A stretch of DNA of 64,000 bases from a virus (taxonomy: Duplodnaviria > Heunggongvirae > Uroviricota > Caudoviricetes): positions 64,001 through 128,000 of the IMG/VR virus record IMGVR_UViG_3300016667_000484; one strand, given 5' to 3'. Of the stretch, positions 36,410 to 45,715 are shown piece after piece. The translations under genes were made by a program, and so were the position numbers. The first letter of the stretch is position 1. Each line of letters starts with the position of its first letter. The notes below the pieces were generated by a model. The model was not told the DNA's origin. It worked only from the letters and a program-made list of their open reading frames with translations, and did not search any database.

Positions 36410-36439
36410 CGCACTTTTTTCACTTTTTCTGCACTTTTT

Positions 36440-36862
36440 TCAGAGAACTTCTGGAAGGTGCCCGTGGTTACCTTCATGCGAAGGCGGAACCCAGCCATTC
36501 GGCTTCATCAAGTCAGGCAGACCCCAAGGGTTAGGACGATCCCACTTGACACCGGGAGACTTGGCCATGTTTGCGGCATGAACACGATTCCATGCTTCAG
36601 TCGCATCGACACCCATGACGTCAAGTGTACCGATCGCGAAGACGCACAAGTCGATCAGACCATCGACCACTTCCTCTGCGTTGCTTTGAATAAGCGCGGC
36701 GTCAGATGTCTCCTTGAACTCTTCGTGAACCATGCTCAGACGAAAAGCCATATACTTGCGAAGTAGATCCTTATCACCTTCCGCAAGCTTCTTTGTCATC
36801 CATTCATTCACACCAAACTTAGCATGCATATCAGCGATGTCTTTGACCCAATTGTCGCTCAT
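36440..36862 (-). CDS. MazG-like/PRA-PH all-alpha NTP pyrophosphatase
   Basis: EEFKE...EVVDGLIDL...VHAANMAK...DLMKP. Confidence 0.8.
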   Translation of the reverse strand: MSDNWVKDIADMHAKFGVNEWMTKKLAEGDKDLLRKYMAFRLSMVHEEFKETSDAALIQSNAEEVVDGLIDLCVFAIGTLDVMGVDATEAWNRVHAANMAKSPGVKWDRPNPWGLPDLMKPNGWVPPSHEGNHGHLPEVL

Positions 36863-37278
36863 TTAGATTTCTCCATTTCAAAAATACGTTTGCGTAGACC
36901 AGAGCTACTGAAGCGATGGTCTCGCTTATTGAAGTATAGATCAATAGCACGGGCTTGGCACACGTCCTTGCCCGTGAAGTCTTTGTCTTTGTACTCTTCG
37001 CCGAGTATCCTTACATTTATATCATACATTCCAAGAATGTCAACAAGATCATTCTCCGTCACGTATGGCACAATCTCGTCGACGTACCGCACAGCAGACA
37101 ACTGCACGTATCGTTCAACCAAGGTCTGAACAGGCTTATTCTTCTCAGGACGATCAATGCTAGGATCCACCTGAAGACCACAGATCAAATAGTCGCATTG
37201 AGTCTTAGCCTCGCGAAGCATCGCGACGTGACCGGCGTGAAGAAGGTCGAATGTGGAACAGGTGAATCCTACGATCAT
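36859..37278 (-). CDS. TagD-like glycerol-3-phosphate/sugar cytidylyltransferase
   Basis: STFDLLHAGH, GLQVDP, YVDEIV, GEEY, RFSSS motifs. Confidence 0.85.
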   Translation of the reverse strand: MIVGFTCSTFDLLHAGHVAMLREAKTQCDYLICGLQVDPSIDRPEKNKPVQTLVERYVQLSAVRYVDEIVPYVTENDLVDILGMYDINVRILGEEYKDKDFTGKDVCQARAIDLYFNKRDHRFSSSGLRKRIFEMEKSK

Positions 37279-37421
37279 TTGAGCTCCGTGAGTTGCTGAA
37301 TCAAAAACTGTCGTTCGCTGTACAGAGACCGCATATACTTCTCAGCGGTCTTCTCTGCCTCTAAGACGACGATGCGATCTGTTAGTTGTTTTATCTGTTG
37401 CTGAATCTGTTCTCTTGTCAT
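37275..37421 (-). CDS. Small coiled-coil protein (48 aa, not in ORF track)
   Basis: MTREQIQQQIKQLTDRI...; ATGA coupling to downstream gene. Confidence 0.45.
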   Translation of the reverse strand: MTREQIQQQIKQLTDRIVVLEAEKTAEKYMRSLYSERQFLIQQLTELK

Positions 37422-37427
37422 GATACC

Positions 37428-39137
37428 TCACGCTGCGATTTGGCTAAAGTTTTTCTTCTTCTCAAACTTGATCACATGATCAAACTTGTCGTGTAGAGAG
37501 TCGCCTTTGTGACTGATGATGAAGACGTTCGAGTCAGCGGTGATCTCATTCACGATCTTCAGGAACTCGTCTGTCCCAGCTTGGTCCAGCGATCCATCGA
37601 GCACTTCGTCCATGATCAGCAAGTTTGTCGTCACAGAGTTGCGAAGTTTTGATACAGCTCGCCATGTGAACATCAAGGCTAGGTCGATACGAAGCTTCTC
37701 ACCTTCACTAAAGGAAGCATACGAAAACTCGTCACGGAACCGAGAGAGGATCTTCTCGTTGAAGTTCTCATCAAGTTGGAAGTCAACAAAGAACTCCATC
37801 GCCGCGAGGTACTTGTTGATCAGCTTGTTCATGATCGGAACGTATTGCTTGATGATACGAGTCTTAATCCCGCCATCTTTCAGCATTGAACCGACTACAG
37901 ACAGTGTCTCTTTGTCCTCGGACAACGTCTTGGCTTTGTCCATGAGGGCTTTGAGTTCTTCTTTGTATCCGGCGATCTTGCTGGTGTCGATTTCAGCGAC
38001 GTTCTTTTCTGCTTCGTCAAGCTCCTTTTTAAGCCCAGCAAGAGTAGACTTCGCTATTCGGATGTTCGCGGTGTGATCATTTCTTGCGAGGCTAAGGCGA
38101 TGTATGTTTGACTCTACGTCGGAAATTTCACCTAGCCGGTCGTTGACTTTTTCGATCTTTCCATCGATGACAAGTAAGGCGTTTTCGATCTCAGAAATTT
38201 TGCCAGACTTCTCGCTAATGGTTGATACCTTAAAGTCATGCTCAATTCCCTGCCGGCAAGTGGGGCAGTTGTCGTGTGCATGATAGAACTTCACGTCTTT
38301 TTGTAAGGTCGTCAGCTTAGATGAAAGATCGTTCTTCAGCGTCTTAAACTGAGTTAGCTTACTCGACAGATCAACTTTGTCAGCGATCGTGCCGATAAGT
38401 GTAGCGATCTGATCGTCAAGTTCTTCTGCACAGCTTTCTTCACCTTCAATGAACTCGATGCGTTCCCGCATCTTGTCTTTGATACGAGACACTTCGCTTT
38501 CTTTCAGACGACGAATCGACTCGTTATGTTCCTTCGCGGAGTCGATCTTCGTCTTGACAAGATCAACGTCGTACTTGATCTGCATCAGGTCGTTCTTGTT
38601 GTTGGCGATCTTTTCCTTCAGCAGGTTGTTCATGGTGCTGAAGATTTGAATGTCAAGCAAGTCTTCAATCACTTCACGGCGGTGTTGAGCCGGAAGTTGC
38701 ATGAATGGCACGAAGGTAGAACTACCGAGGACGACCACCTGACCAAAGGACTTGTAGTTCATCTTGAGGATGTTGTCCTCAAGATAAGCTTGGTAGTCTC
38801 GAGCAGATGCGTCTTGGTTGAGTAACTCACCGTTCTTCCAGATCTCAAAGATCGTAGGCTTCATACCACGTTTGATCGTGAAGTCAGCGCCATTCGAAGT
38901 GAAGTAAACCTCGACCATAAGATCACGCTGATTGATCGAGTTCATCAACTGCGGCTTGTTGATCTTACGAAACGCTTTCCCATACAAAGCGAATGAGATT
39001 GCGTCGAGGATAGTAGACTTACCTGCACCATTCTCGCCCACGATCAAAGTGCTCTTGTTACGATTCAGATCGATCGTAGTCCACGCATTACCCGTCGACA
39101 AGATGTTCTTATATTTCACTTTGGTGAAGGTTAGCAT
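37428..39137 (-). CDS. gp46: SbcC/Rad50-like recombination ATPase
   Basis: GENGAGKST, CPTC hook, FSEGEK, LIMDEVLD, ISHK. Confidence 0.97.
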   Translation of the reverse strand: MLTFTKVKYKNILSTGNAWTTIDLNRNKSTLIVGENGAGKSTILDAISFALYGKAFRKINKPQLMNSINQRDLMVEVYFTSNGADFTIKRGMKPTIFEIWKNGELLNQDASARDYQAYLEDNILKMNYKSFGQVVVLGSSTFVPFMQLPAQHRREVIEDLLDIQIFSTMNNLLKEKIANNKNDLMQIKYDVDLVKTKIDSAKEHNESIRRLKESEVSRIKDKMRERIEFIEGEESCAEELDDQIATLIGTIADKVDLSSKLTQFKTLKNDLSSKLTTLQKDVKFYHAHDNCPTCRQGIEHDFKVSTISEKSGKISEIENALLVIDGKIEKVNDRLGEISDVESNIHRLSLARNDHTANIRIAKSTLAGLKKELDEAEKNVAEIDTSKIAGYKEELKALMDKAKTLSEDKETLSVVGSMLKDGGIKTRIIKQYVPIMNKLINKYLAAMEFFVDFQLDENFNEKILSRFRDEFSYASFSEGEKLRIDLALMFTWRAVSKLRNSVTTNLLIMDEVLDGSLDQAGTDEFLKIVNEITADSNVFIISHKGDSLHDKFDHVIKFEKKKNFSQIAA

Positions 39138-39277
39138 TTAGTCTTTGCCTCATATATTCTTTTAGCTAAATCATCAACCGACACACGTTCGAAGAATCCC
39201 TTATCTTTTAAGAATTTAGCCTGTTCTATCCACTTCAATTGTTCGTCGAACTTCATGCTTTCCCAATCATTTTTCAT
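39131..39277 (-). CDS. Small protein upstream of gp46 (48 aa, not in ORF track)
   Basis: MKNDWESMKFDEQLKWIEQAKFLKDKG...; overlaps both neighbours. Confidence 0.45.
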   Translation of the reverse strand: MKNDWESMKFDEQLKWIEQAKFLKDKGFFERVSVDDLAKRIYEAKTKC

Positions 39278-39884
39278 ATTTTCTACCCTTAACAATATTA
39301 TCACGCCATGGAAGCATTTGAAGATTTTCTTTTTCAGCTAAAACTTCTGGTGGTATGCCATTTTCAAATCCAAATCTTGCTGGAATGATATGATCAAGAT
39401 GATATACATCTACTTGGCCGGCAACTCCTCGAACGTATCCGTTAGGATTAATGTCAGATTCGAATTCATCGTAAGTTTTTTCGGTCAAAGTTTTTAGTCT
39501 ATTTCGGTATTGCTTATACTCTTTAAGTTCTTCCTTTGAAAGAACCCGTTTTTCTATTCCGGCTAACATATTTGGTGTAGGATTAGACCATCTAGCTTTG
39601 GCCCTTTCTGAAAGCTTAATTCTTGTAGAATCCGCAATTTTTCGTTCGTGTATAGCATGAAAACATTGTATGCTACAGTGTTTTGAGTTGCTCACAAATG
39701 CTTTATTACAATTTGGACAAGTCTTTTCTCCAATGAAGATCTCTTTTGGTCTTCCGGGTTTTGCGACAACTCCGGCCCGTTTTCTAGCTCTACATATCGT
39801 AGCACTGCCTACGCCATATGTTTCCATTAATTCGTGTATAGGACGGTCAATAGTGTTGATCGCATCTTGCGTCGTGAACTTCAT
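39267..39884 (-). mobile_element. Free-standing HNH-like homing endonuclease
   Basis: CPNC..CSIQC Zn module, YHLDHIIP...ENLQMLPWRDNIVKG; AT-rich; own late promoter. Confidence 0.75.
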
Positions 39885-39904
39885 ATAACATCTCCTTTCA
39901 GAGA

Positions 39905-39912
39905 TATTTATA
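39905..39912 (-). promoter_or_regulatory. T4-type late promoter TATAAATA
   Basis: Upstream of HNH gene. Confidence 0.75.
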
Positions 39913-39948
39913 TGATTCAGGATTTGTAACGAACTTTTGTGAATGTGA

Positions 39949-40113
39949 TCATATCCGTCGCTTCCTATTCTTCTTTTTATTCAAATTCTTTGCCAACGCA
40001 TAATTTGCATGCGGTAAAGAGCTGAACCATTTGACGTGTCCATCGGAATATTGAACACCATACTCGGTCTCGCCAGACTCGAGCTTTCTTTCAACAACTT
40101 TAGACTTCATCAT
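39949..40113 (-). CDS. Small basic protein (54 aa, not in ORF track)
   Basis: MMKSKVVERKLESGETEYGVQY...; ATGA coupling to gp47. Confidence 0.45.
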   Translation of the reverse strand: MMKSKVVERKLESGETEYGVQYSDGHVKWFSSLPHANYALAKNLNKKKNRKRRI

Positions 40114-41171
40114 AGACTCACTGCTTCCTGATACAGGTCACGGAGAAACTCATTGATGCGGTCTTTGTTGGTTTTCACCTCAAGGCTGTCAACGTAAACA
40201 CGCAGAAGAGACAGGGTATCTTGAGCTTCATCGACGAGTTCGCCTTCATCGATGATGTCGAAGTTCAAGTGATCTTCAACGACCTTGATGTCAGCTGCTC
40301 CGGCTGACTGTATCTTGTCGATGAACAGGTCAAAGTTGTAAGGGTTGTTCTTTTTCTTAACTATAACCTTAACGTACGTAGATGTCAACATCGAAACGTC
40401 GAGTTCGTCAATATCTTCTACGGTTAGGTCGGTGTCGTCATACTCGAGCTTGTGGAAGATGGAGTAAGGATTCTGAATGAACTCCATCTCAAGAGTCTCG
40501 GTATCAAAGATGTGGAAACCACGTTTGCCGGCGTAGTCGGTCCACGTCATCTCATATGGAGCACCAAGGTAAGTGATGTTTTCGTGGGTTGATGGGTGAT
40601 GATAGTGACCAGAGTAGACCGCTAGGAACTTCTTGAAGTCAGCTCGGTCTAGGCCATGATCAGACAGTTGACCTTTCATCATCTCGAATCCCGCGAACTC
40701 GAAGTGGCCCATCAGGATTTTCGCCGAAGTCTCCTTGAAAGCTTCGAAAGAGTCCTCCGCGTTACTGGCGCAGATCCAAGGCGATAGCATAACATCGCAA
40801 GATCCAAGACGAATAGTAACCGGCTCATGAGTGTAAACATTGTAGTTGGTATACTCCTTCAGTAGCAAGTCCATCGTGTTGATGTCGTTAGTGTTCTTGA
40901 AATACGTTGTGTGGTTGCCAACTACAGAGTGAACTGTGATACCGCGTTCTTTGAGCGGATCAAAGTACATCTGCTTAGCGCGACGAAGAGTCACGAAGTT
41001 TACGTACTTTCTACGGTCGAAGGTGTCACCTAGATCAAGAACTGTGTCGATTCCGCGGGCGTCGAGAGTCGGGAAAAACACGTCGTGATAGAATTTCTCA
41101 TAGTAGTCGAGGAATAGTATGCTGTCACCTCGAACACCAAAGTGCATATCACAAATCACAGCAACTTTCAA
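40110..41171 (-). CDS. gp47: SbcD/Mre11-like recombination nuclease
   Basis: DMHFG, LGDTFD, GNH, GHFE, SGHYH metallophosphoesterase motifs. Confidence 0.97.
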   Translation of the reverse strand: MKVAVICDMHFGVRGDSILFLDYYEKFYHDVFFPTLDARGIDTVLDLGDTFDRRKYVNFVTLRRAKQMYFDPLKERGITVHSVVGNHTTYFKNTNDINTMDLLLKEYTNYNVYTHEPVTIRLGSCDVMLSPWICASNAEDSFEAFKETSAKILMGHFEFAGFEMMKGQLSDHGLDRADFKKFLAVYSGHYHHPSTHENITYLGAPYEMTWTDYAGKRGFHIFDTETLEMEFIQNPYSIFHKLEYDDTDLTVEDIDELDVSMLTSTYVKVIVKKKNNPYNFDLFIDKIQSAGAADIKVVEDHLNFDIIDEGELVDEAQDTLSLLRVYVDSLEVKTNKDRINEFLRDLYQEAVSL

Positions 41172-42040
41172 TTTGAGGCCTTTCTCGAGAATTTGATTTG
41201 CATGAATTTTTCGCCTTTAGATCTTTCCAAAACACCAATAGCTATTAGACGACCTATCATAGATTCATAGGATGGTTCGTCATATGGCAATATCTCATTT
41301 AGTCTGTGGCAGTATTGTCTGATTAATTCTTCAACATCTAAAGAATTCATTGGTCCATTCCTCTTAATTCTAAACGTTGGATCAAACCCATTTAAGTACA
41401 ATTTTTCATATAAGGATTTAGTAACCCCCGTAGCATCTTCTAAATCCTTATACCCCAAATAGGTGGCGCCATTATACTCGAGTCTTTTAGCAACGACTTC
41501 TTTAGCTCTTTGTGCACCTATTTTAGCTCGTCGCCTTTGTTCGGCTAAAATTCCTTCAGGGTCACGATTAAGCCTTTCATAAAAGCTACTTCTGAAAGTT
41601 TCACCTGTTTTCGCTTTACGTGATTCTGCACCTATCCAAGACTTTCTAACGGACTCTGATACCTGATCGCACCAATGATTGGTTGTTTTGCTGGGATGAT
41701 TTGCTGCGGCGAAAACGGCCCATTGTTTTCTAAAGTTTTCGTATGCTTTACCTGAAAGCACGGCCGTGTTACCATGTATCATTCTATGATAGGCCCACCA
41801 CATTTTTCTGTTATTATCACCGGTGGTCATTTTCGTCAGTAGTTTATGACACAAGTAATGTTCTCTCGCCGAAAGCGCAACTAGGTTTGTTAGATCATTA
41901 GATCCTCCTAAGCTTCTGGGTAATATATGGTGAATTTCGGTATAGCATCCGACCAGTGGATACGATTTTCGATTAGAGATAATCCTTTCGTACCAAGTGG
42001 TGTACTTGTTTTCTAAGAAGATAGTCATGTTTAACTCCAA
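41168..42040 (-). mobile_element. Free-standing HNH (Mob-like) homing endonuclease
   Basis: EIHHILPRSLGGSNDLTNLVALSAREHYLCH; AT-rich. Confidence 0.88.
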
Positions 42041-42063
42041 ACAACATTGGTGTATTACATGAC

Positions 42064-42071
42064 TATTTATA
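42064..42071 (-). promoter_or_regulatory. T4-type late promoter TATAAATA
   Basis: Upstream of HNH gene. Confidence 0.75.
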
Positions 42072-42102
42072 CGTTAACAGAATTCGGTGATGACTGCTAC
42101 CT

Positions 42103-42666
42103 TCATTCTTCATCCTCGTAAAAATTCTCGAGACCTTTTTTCTTCTTCGGAGTCTTCTTCTTTGTTGCCATAGTGGCTTCGTACTTCTCAACGAAGTCGT
42201 TCATGTAGTCGTTGTTCAAATCAACAAAGGCTGCGCTGCCTGCGTCAGAGTGATCACCACGTTCGACGATAGCATCAGTCAGAACGGAGTTCTCAAGCAC
42301 CTTGTGACGAATATAGGTCTGCTTCTTCTCTTTATGAATACGACGAATGAAAGCAAACCAAATGACTTGAGTGAAGTACGCGAACGGGTTGTTCGACTTC
42401 TCTGGATCAAAGTTGTTGACACACATGATGGCGTTCTCTAGACCATCTGCGATCATATCATCACGGTACGTGTAGTTGATGAAGTTAGGTTTATATGCCA
42501 GTCGATTCGCGATCTGGTAGAGACACTCGCCGATGTAGTTCGGGATACGTGGTGGCTCTTCTCCGCTGTCCTCGGCTTCACGTACAGCTTTCTTGTACTT
42601 GATCATCGCTTCGAGGAACTCAGCGTTGTTAACGTAGTTACGTTTCTTCTTGGGTGTAAGGGTCAT
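42103..42666 (-). CDS. gp55: Late-transcription sigma factor
   Basis: NYVNN, IGECLYQIA, NFINYTYRDDMIADG, NPFAYFTQ. Confidence 0.97.
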   Translation of the reverse strand: MTLTPKKKRNYVNNAEFLEAMIKYKKAVREAEDSGEEPPRIPNYIGECLYQIANRLAYKPNFINYTYRDDMIADGLENAIMCVNNFDPEKSNNPFAYFTQVIWFAFIRRIHKEKKQTYIRHKVLENSVLTDAIVERGDHSDAGSAAFVDLNNDYMNDFVEKYEATMATKKKTPKKKKGLENFYEDEE

Positions 42667-42692
42667 GCTCCCTCCTTTTTTGTTACTTGTTC

Positions 42693-42721
42693 AGTCTACC
42701 ACAACTGTGTTGAAATGTCAA
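42693..42721 (-). promoter_or_regulatory. Sigma70-type promoter for gp55
   Basis: TTGACA-17-TAGACT. Confidence 0.7.
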
Positions 42722-42805
42722 CAGTTTTCTTTTGAGTGCACTTTTTGGTTGACATCTACGTACAGCTGAGTATAATGCCATTATGGCTATCAAAATTCAG
42801 TAGTA

Positions 42806-43177
42806 TTAGTTCTTAGTAGCAGACTTGGATTCGACTAAGGCTGCAAAGATGTCTTCTAGCTCAGAGGTAAATTCCGAGTCTTCTTCCATCTGTTTGATCT
42901 GCTCCCGTTCTTGAATACGGTGCATGAACTCGTCATAGTACTCTACCGCTTTCTTCGAAGCTTTGCTTGCAAAGAGTATGGATGTATTACGTAGCATGAC
43001 TGAGTTTCCTTCAGAGAGGAGTAACCAACTCTTGGCGAATAGGCCAAGGTGAGGATCAACTACCACTACGATAGGAGCGTACAGCTCTGTGTATTCGTCG
43101 TCTTTTCGAACATACGTGAGGAGGTCTTCTCCATTTTGAAGCTTTACGTGCTGAAGCGTCTGGTCTTTCACTATCAT
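42806..43177 (-). CDS. Conserved hypothetical protein downstream of uvsW (Sm-like)
   Basis: VKLQNGEDL motif; conserved position. Confidence 0.6.
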   Translation of the reverse strand: MIVKDQTLQHVKLQNGEDLLTYVRKDDEYTELYAPIVVVVDPHLGLFAKSWLLLSEGNSVMLRNTSILFASKASKKAVEYYDEFMHRIQEREQIKQMEEDSEFTSELEDIFAALVESKSATKN

Positions 43178-44631
43178 CCCTTTACCTCTACGTTGTAGAT
43201 TTTGAACTCAAAGCCTTCTTCGCTGTAGATCTTGACACGTTCCATGAAGTGCTTAGTCGCGAAGTTTTGTGTGTTCTTCCATTGCAGGTCGTCGACGATG
43301 TCGTACAAGACTGCTGATGATTTGTCTTTGCCTTTACGAAGAACTCGACCGATAGACTGTAGGTTGCGGATTCGACCCTTTGAAGGAGAAGCAAAGATTA
43401 AGTTGTCCAACTCTGGTATATTTATGCCCGTCGAAAAGGTGCCGTATGAAGCACAGATGATGTTGCCCTTTGTCTTTCGTACGTCATGACGAATCAACTC
43501 GCGTTCATCGGTCTTCACACCACCATGAACGAAGTAGACGTTGTGTTCTTCTGACTTGTTCAACATATCAAACAAAGCTTGACCATGCTTGTCGACATAC
43601 TGGAAGAGGATCAGAGTGTTGCCTGGAAGATTCCACGCGAGGTTTCTTATGAATACGTTGCGTGAGTTGTTGCGTACGATCCAGTCGATCTCTTCTTGAT
43701 ACGACTTACCTTTGTTGGCTTTCTTGACTTCATCGGGGTACTTCAGGACGAGCGCCTTGATCTTGAAGCTAGCGAGAACGTTGTCGTCGATCAACTTCTT
43801 CGTCTTCGTCACAGTGAACACCGTTCCGAATAGGCCTTCAAGGACAAGCTTATGTGTCTGTGTTCCATCGAGCGTACCCGTGAGCCCGTAGCGATACTTC
43901 ACGTGTGGCATCTTCTCAAGGATCGAAGTGAGTGACTTCGCCTTGAAGTTGTGTGCTTCATCTCCAAAGACCACATCGAACTTCTCAAAGAAAGTCTTCG
44001 GCATCTTGTAGACTGACTGCCACGTGGTGATTGTGATCTCAGCTTCAACATCCTTTTCCATACCTCCACGAATCTTGTGGATGCTTAGCTTCTTCCCTTT
44101 GTTGTACTCGACAAAGTCTGAAGCCATCTGATCAACGAGTGATGTCGTAGGGACAACAACCAACACCTTGCGATCAAGCATGAGGTGATGTGCCATGATG
44201 AGGTAGATGATGAATGATTTGCCCGACGCAGTAGGCGAAAGGAACAGAGCACGGTTATGCCGAATCGCATGAACGATCGCGTCGTTCTGATAGTCACGAA
44301 CTTCAAAGGCGGCGTCGACTTGCTTTGCTAGGTCGTATCCATAATCGTCTGGAACTGCTTCGGTCTCTCCGAGTTCCTTTGAGACCCGGCAGTCATAACC
44401 ACGTTGATCACAGAACTTCTTGATGTATGGTATCAGTCCGGCGTAAATGTATCCAGTCATCACGTTCAAGAGACGAACTTTTCCGTCCCATACTTTGTTC
44501 CGAACAGCCGGCATAAACTTTGCGCCTGGAACTTCAAATGTGAAATACTCTGACATCTCCATCTTCAGCGATGGTTCTGCCGATACTCTTACAAAGACTT
44601 CATTTACTTTTTCGACTGATACAATATCCAT
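43174..44631 (-). CDS. uvsW: SF2 DNA helicase UvsW
   Basis: VRDYQ, SPTASGKS, GDEAH, GLTGT, STGINI, QSIGRVLR. Confidence 0.97.
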   Translation of the reverse strand: MDIVSVEKVNEVFVRVSAEPSLKMEMSEYFTFEVPGAKFMPAVRNKVWDGKVRLLNVMTGYIYAGLIPYIKKFCDQRGYDCRVSKELGETEAVPDDYGYDLAKQVDAAFEVRDYQNDAIVHAIRHNRALFLSPTASGKSFIIYLIMAHHLMLDRKVLVVVPTTSLVDQMASDFVEYNKGKKLSIHKIRGGMEKDVEAEITITTWQSVYKMPKTFFEKFDVVFGDEAHNFKAKSLTSILEKMPHVKYRYGLTGTLDGTQTHKLVLEGLFGTVFTVTKTKKLIDDNVLASFKIKALVLKYPDEVKKANKGKSYQEEIDWIVRNNSRNVFIRNLAWNLPGNTLILFQYVDKHGQALFDMLNKSEEHNVYFVHGGVKTDERELIRHDVRKTKGNIICASYGTFSTGINIPELDNLIFASPSKGRIRNLQSIGRVLRKGKDKSSAVLYDIVDDLQWKNTQNFATKHFMERVKIYSEEGFEFKIYNVEVKG

Positions 44632-45068
44632 TAAGCGCCTGTTCTGAACTTCTCCCAATCTACAATTGTTTTCAGGAGGAAGTTCCTATTACTAATGTGT
44701 TTGATGATTGATTCCAAATACGCGACGATTTCTTCTTGCAAACCGATTTTAAGCGAGAGTTTGATTACGTCGGGGTCAGCCTCAAGATACTGAGGCACAT
44801 CAGCACGAAGAAGTTTGAGTGGTTGCGGTTTCCAGCCATGTTGCTTGAGCTCTTCATCGTCAAGCTCTCCGCGATACCACTCAGTCTTGAGCTTACAGAG
44901 AATCTTGTACTCAGCCTTGAGCTTCTTCAGCTTCAAGCCCTCTTCAACGTACCAACGGAAGTATTTATTGTGCAGCTTAGGGATGTCTGCGGTAGACTTT
45001 GAGATGTTGACCTGATCGATCTCACCGTCTTTAGCCCATTCATTATAGAGAGTTTCAATATCCATCAT
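44631..45068 (-). CDS. uvsY: Recombination mediator UvsY
   Basis: IPKLHNKY, WYRG, YLEAD, SNRNFLLK..VDWEKF. Confidence 0.92.
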   Translation of the reverse strand: MMDIETLYNEWAKDGEIDQVNISKSTADIPKLHNKYFRWYVEEGLKLKKLKAEYKILCKLKTEWYRGELDDEELKQHGWKPQPLKLLRADVPQYLEADPDVIKLSLKIGLQEEIVAYLESIIKHISNRNFLLKTIVDWEKFRTGA

Positions 45069-45116
45069 ACAACTCCTTCACATATCAAAGTATAATACCA
45101 TACACTGAGAAGAATG

Positions 45117-45605
45117 TCAATGGAATCGATGGAGTTCGAACCCGTTGTGCTGGAACGTGATTTCACATGTTACGTATGTGATGCCTTGAGCAGTGACGTC
45201 CATGTTGATGTTGCTCATCGATATAGGAAACACCTTCTTAAAGCTGAACTCGATGTTTGGGTTTTGGCTACTATTGAGTAATATCAATGATGCATCTGAG
45301 TACAATCCATCGTCGCTATTCTGCAACGCTTTGTATTGATCAAATGAGTTGTTCTTCGTGAGTCCCCACATCCAATTCAAGATCTCTTCATAAGCGTACA
45401 TGTTCTCATCAACTCGAATGGTAACACTGAATGGATCTGTCTCGAGCTTATCGCCTGCTAAGTGAATAGACTTGAATGGTGTAGGTGAAGTAGTGCTTCC
45501 CATAGACATGCCAGGCAAATTAGCACCTTGAACAAAGAACTCCACGTTCGGAAGACGCTTGATCTTGAACGCGAACCCTAAGGGTGAAAGAAAATTCTGT
45601 TGCAT
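45117..45605 (-). CDS. gp3: Tail tube terminator/completion protein
   Basis: NFLSPLGF...VEFFVQGANLPG; position after gp23. Confidence 0.85.
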   Translation of the reverse strand: MQQNFLSPLGFAFKIKRLPNVEFFVQGANLPGMSMGSTTSPTPFKSIHLAGDKLETDPFSVTIRVDENMYAYEEILNWMWGLTKNNSFDQYKALQNSDDGLYSDASLILLNSSQNPNIEFSFKKVFPISMSNINMDVTAQGITYVTCEITFQHNGFELHRFH

Positions 45606-45636
45606 GCGCTTTTCCTATTGACATTAGTAGTACCAG

Positions 45637-45644
45637 TATTTATA
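45637..45644 (-). promoter_or_regulatory. T4-type late promoter TATAAATA
   Basis: Upstream of gp3. Confidence 0.75.
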
Positions 45645-45651
45645 GTGCTCA

Positions 45652-45681
45652 AAAAGAAAAGGGACTCCCGAAGGAGTCCCA
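45652..45681 (-). terminator. Rho-independent terminator after gp23
   Basis: GGGACTCC-TTCG-GGAGTCCC then TTTTCTTTT. Confidence 0.88.
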
Positions 45682-45715
45682 GTTTGTTTTGCGTTCGGTT
45701 AACCCGACTTCTCGA

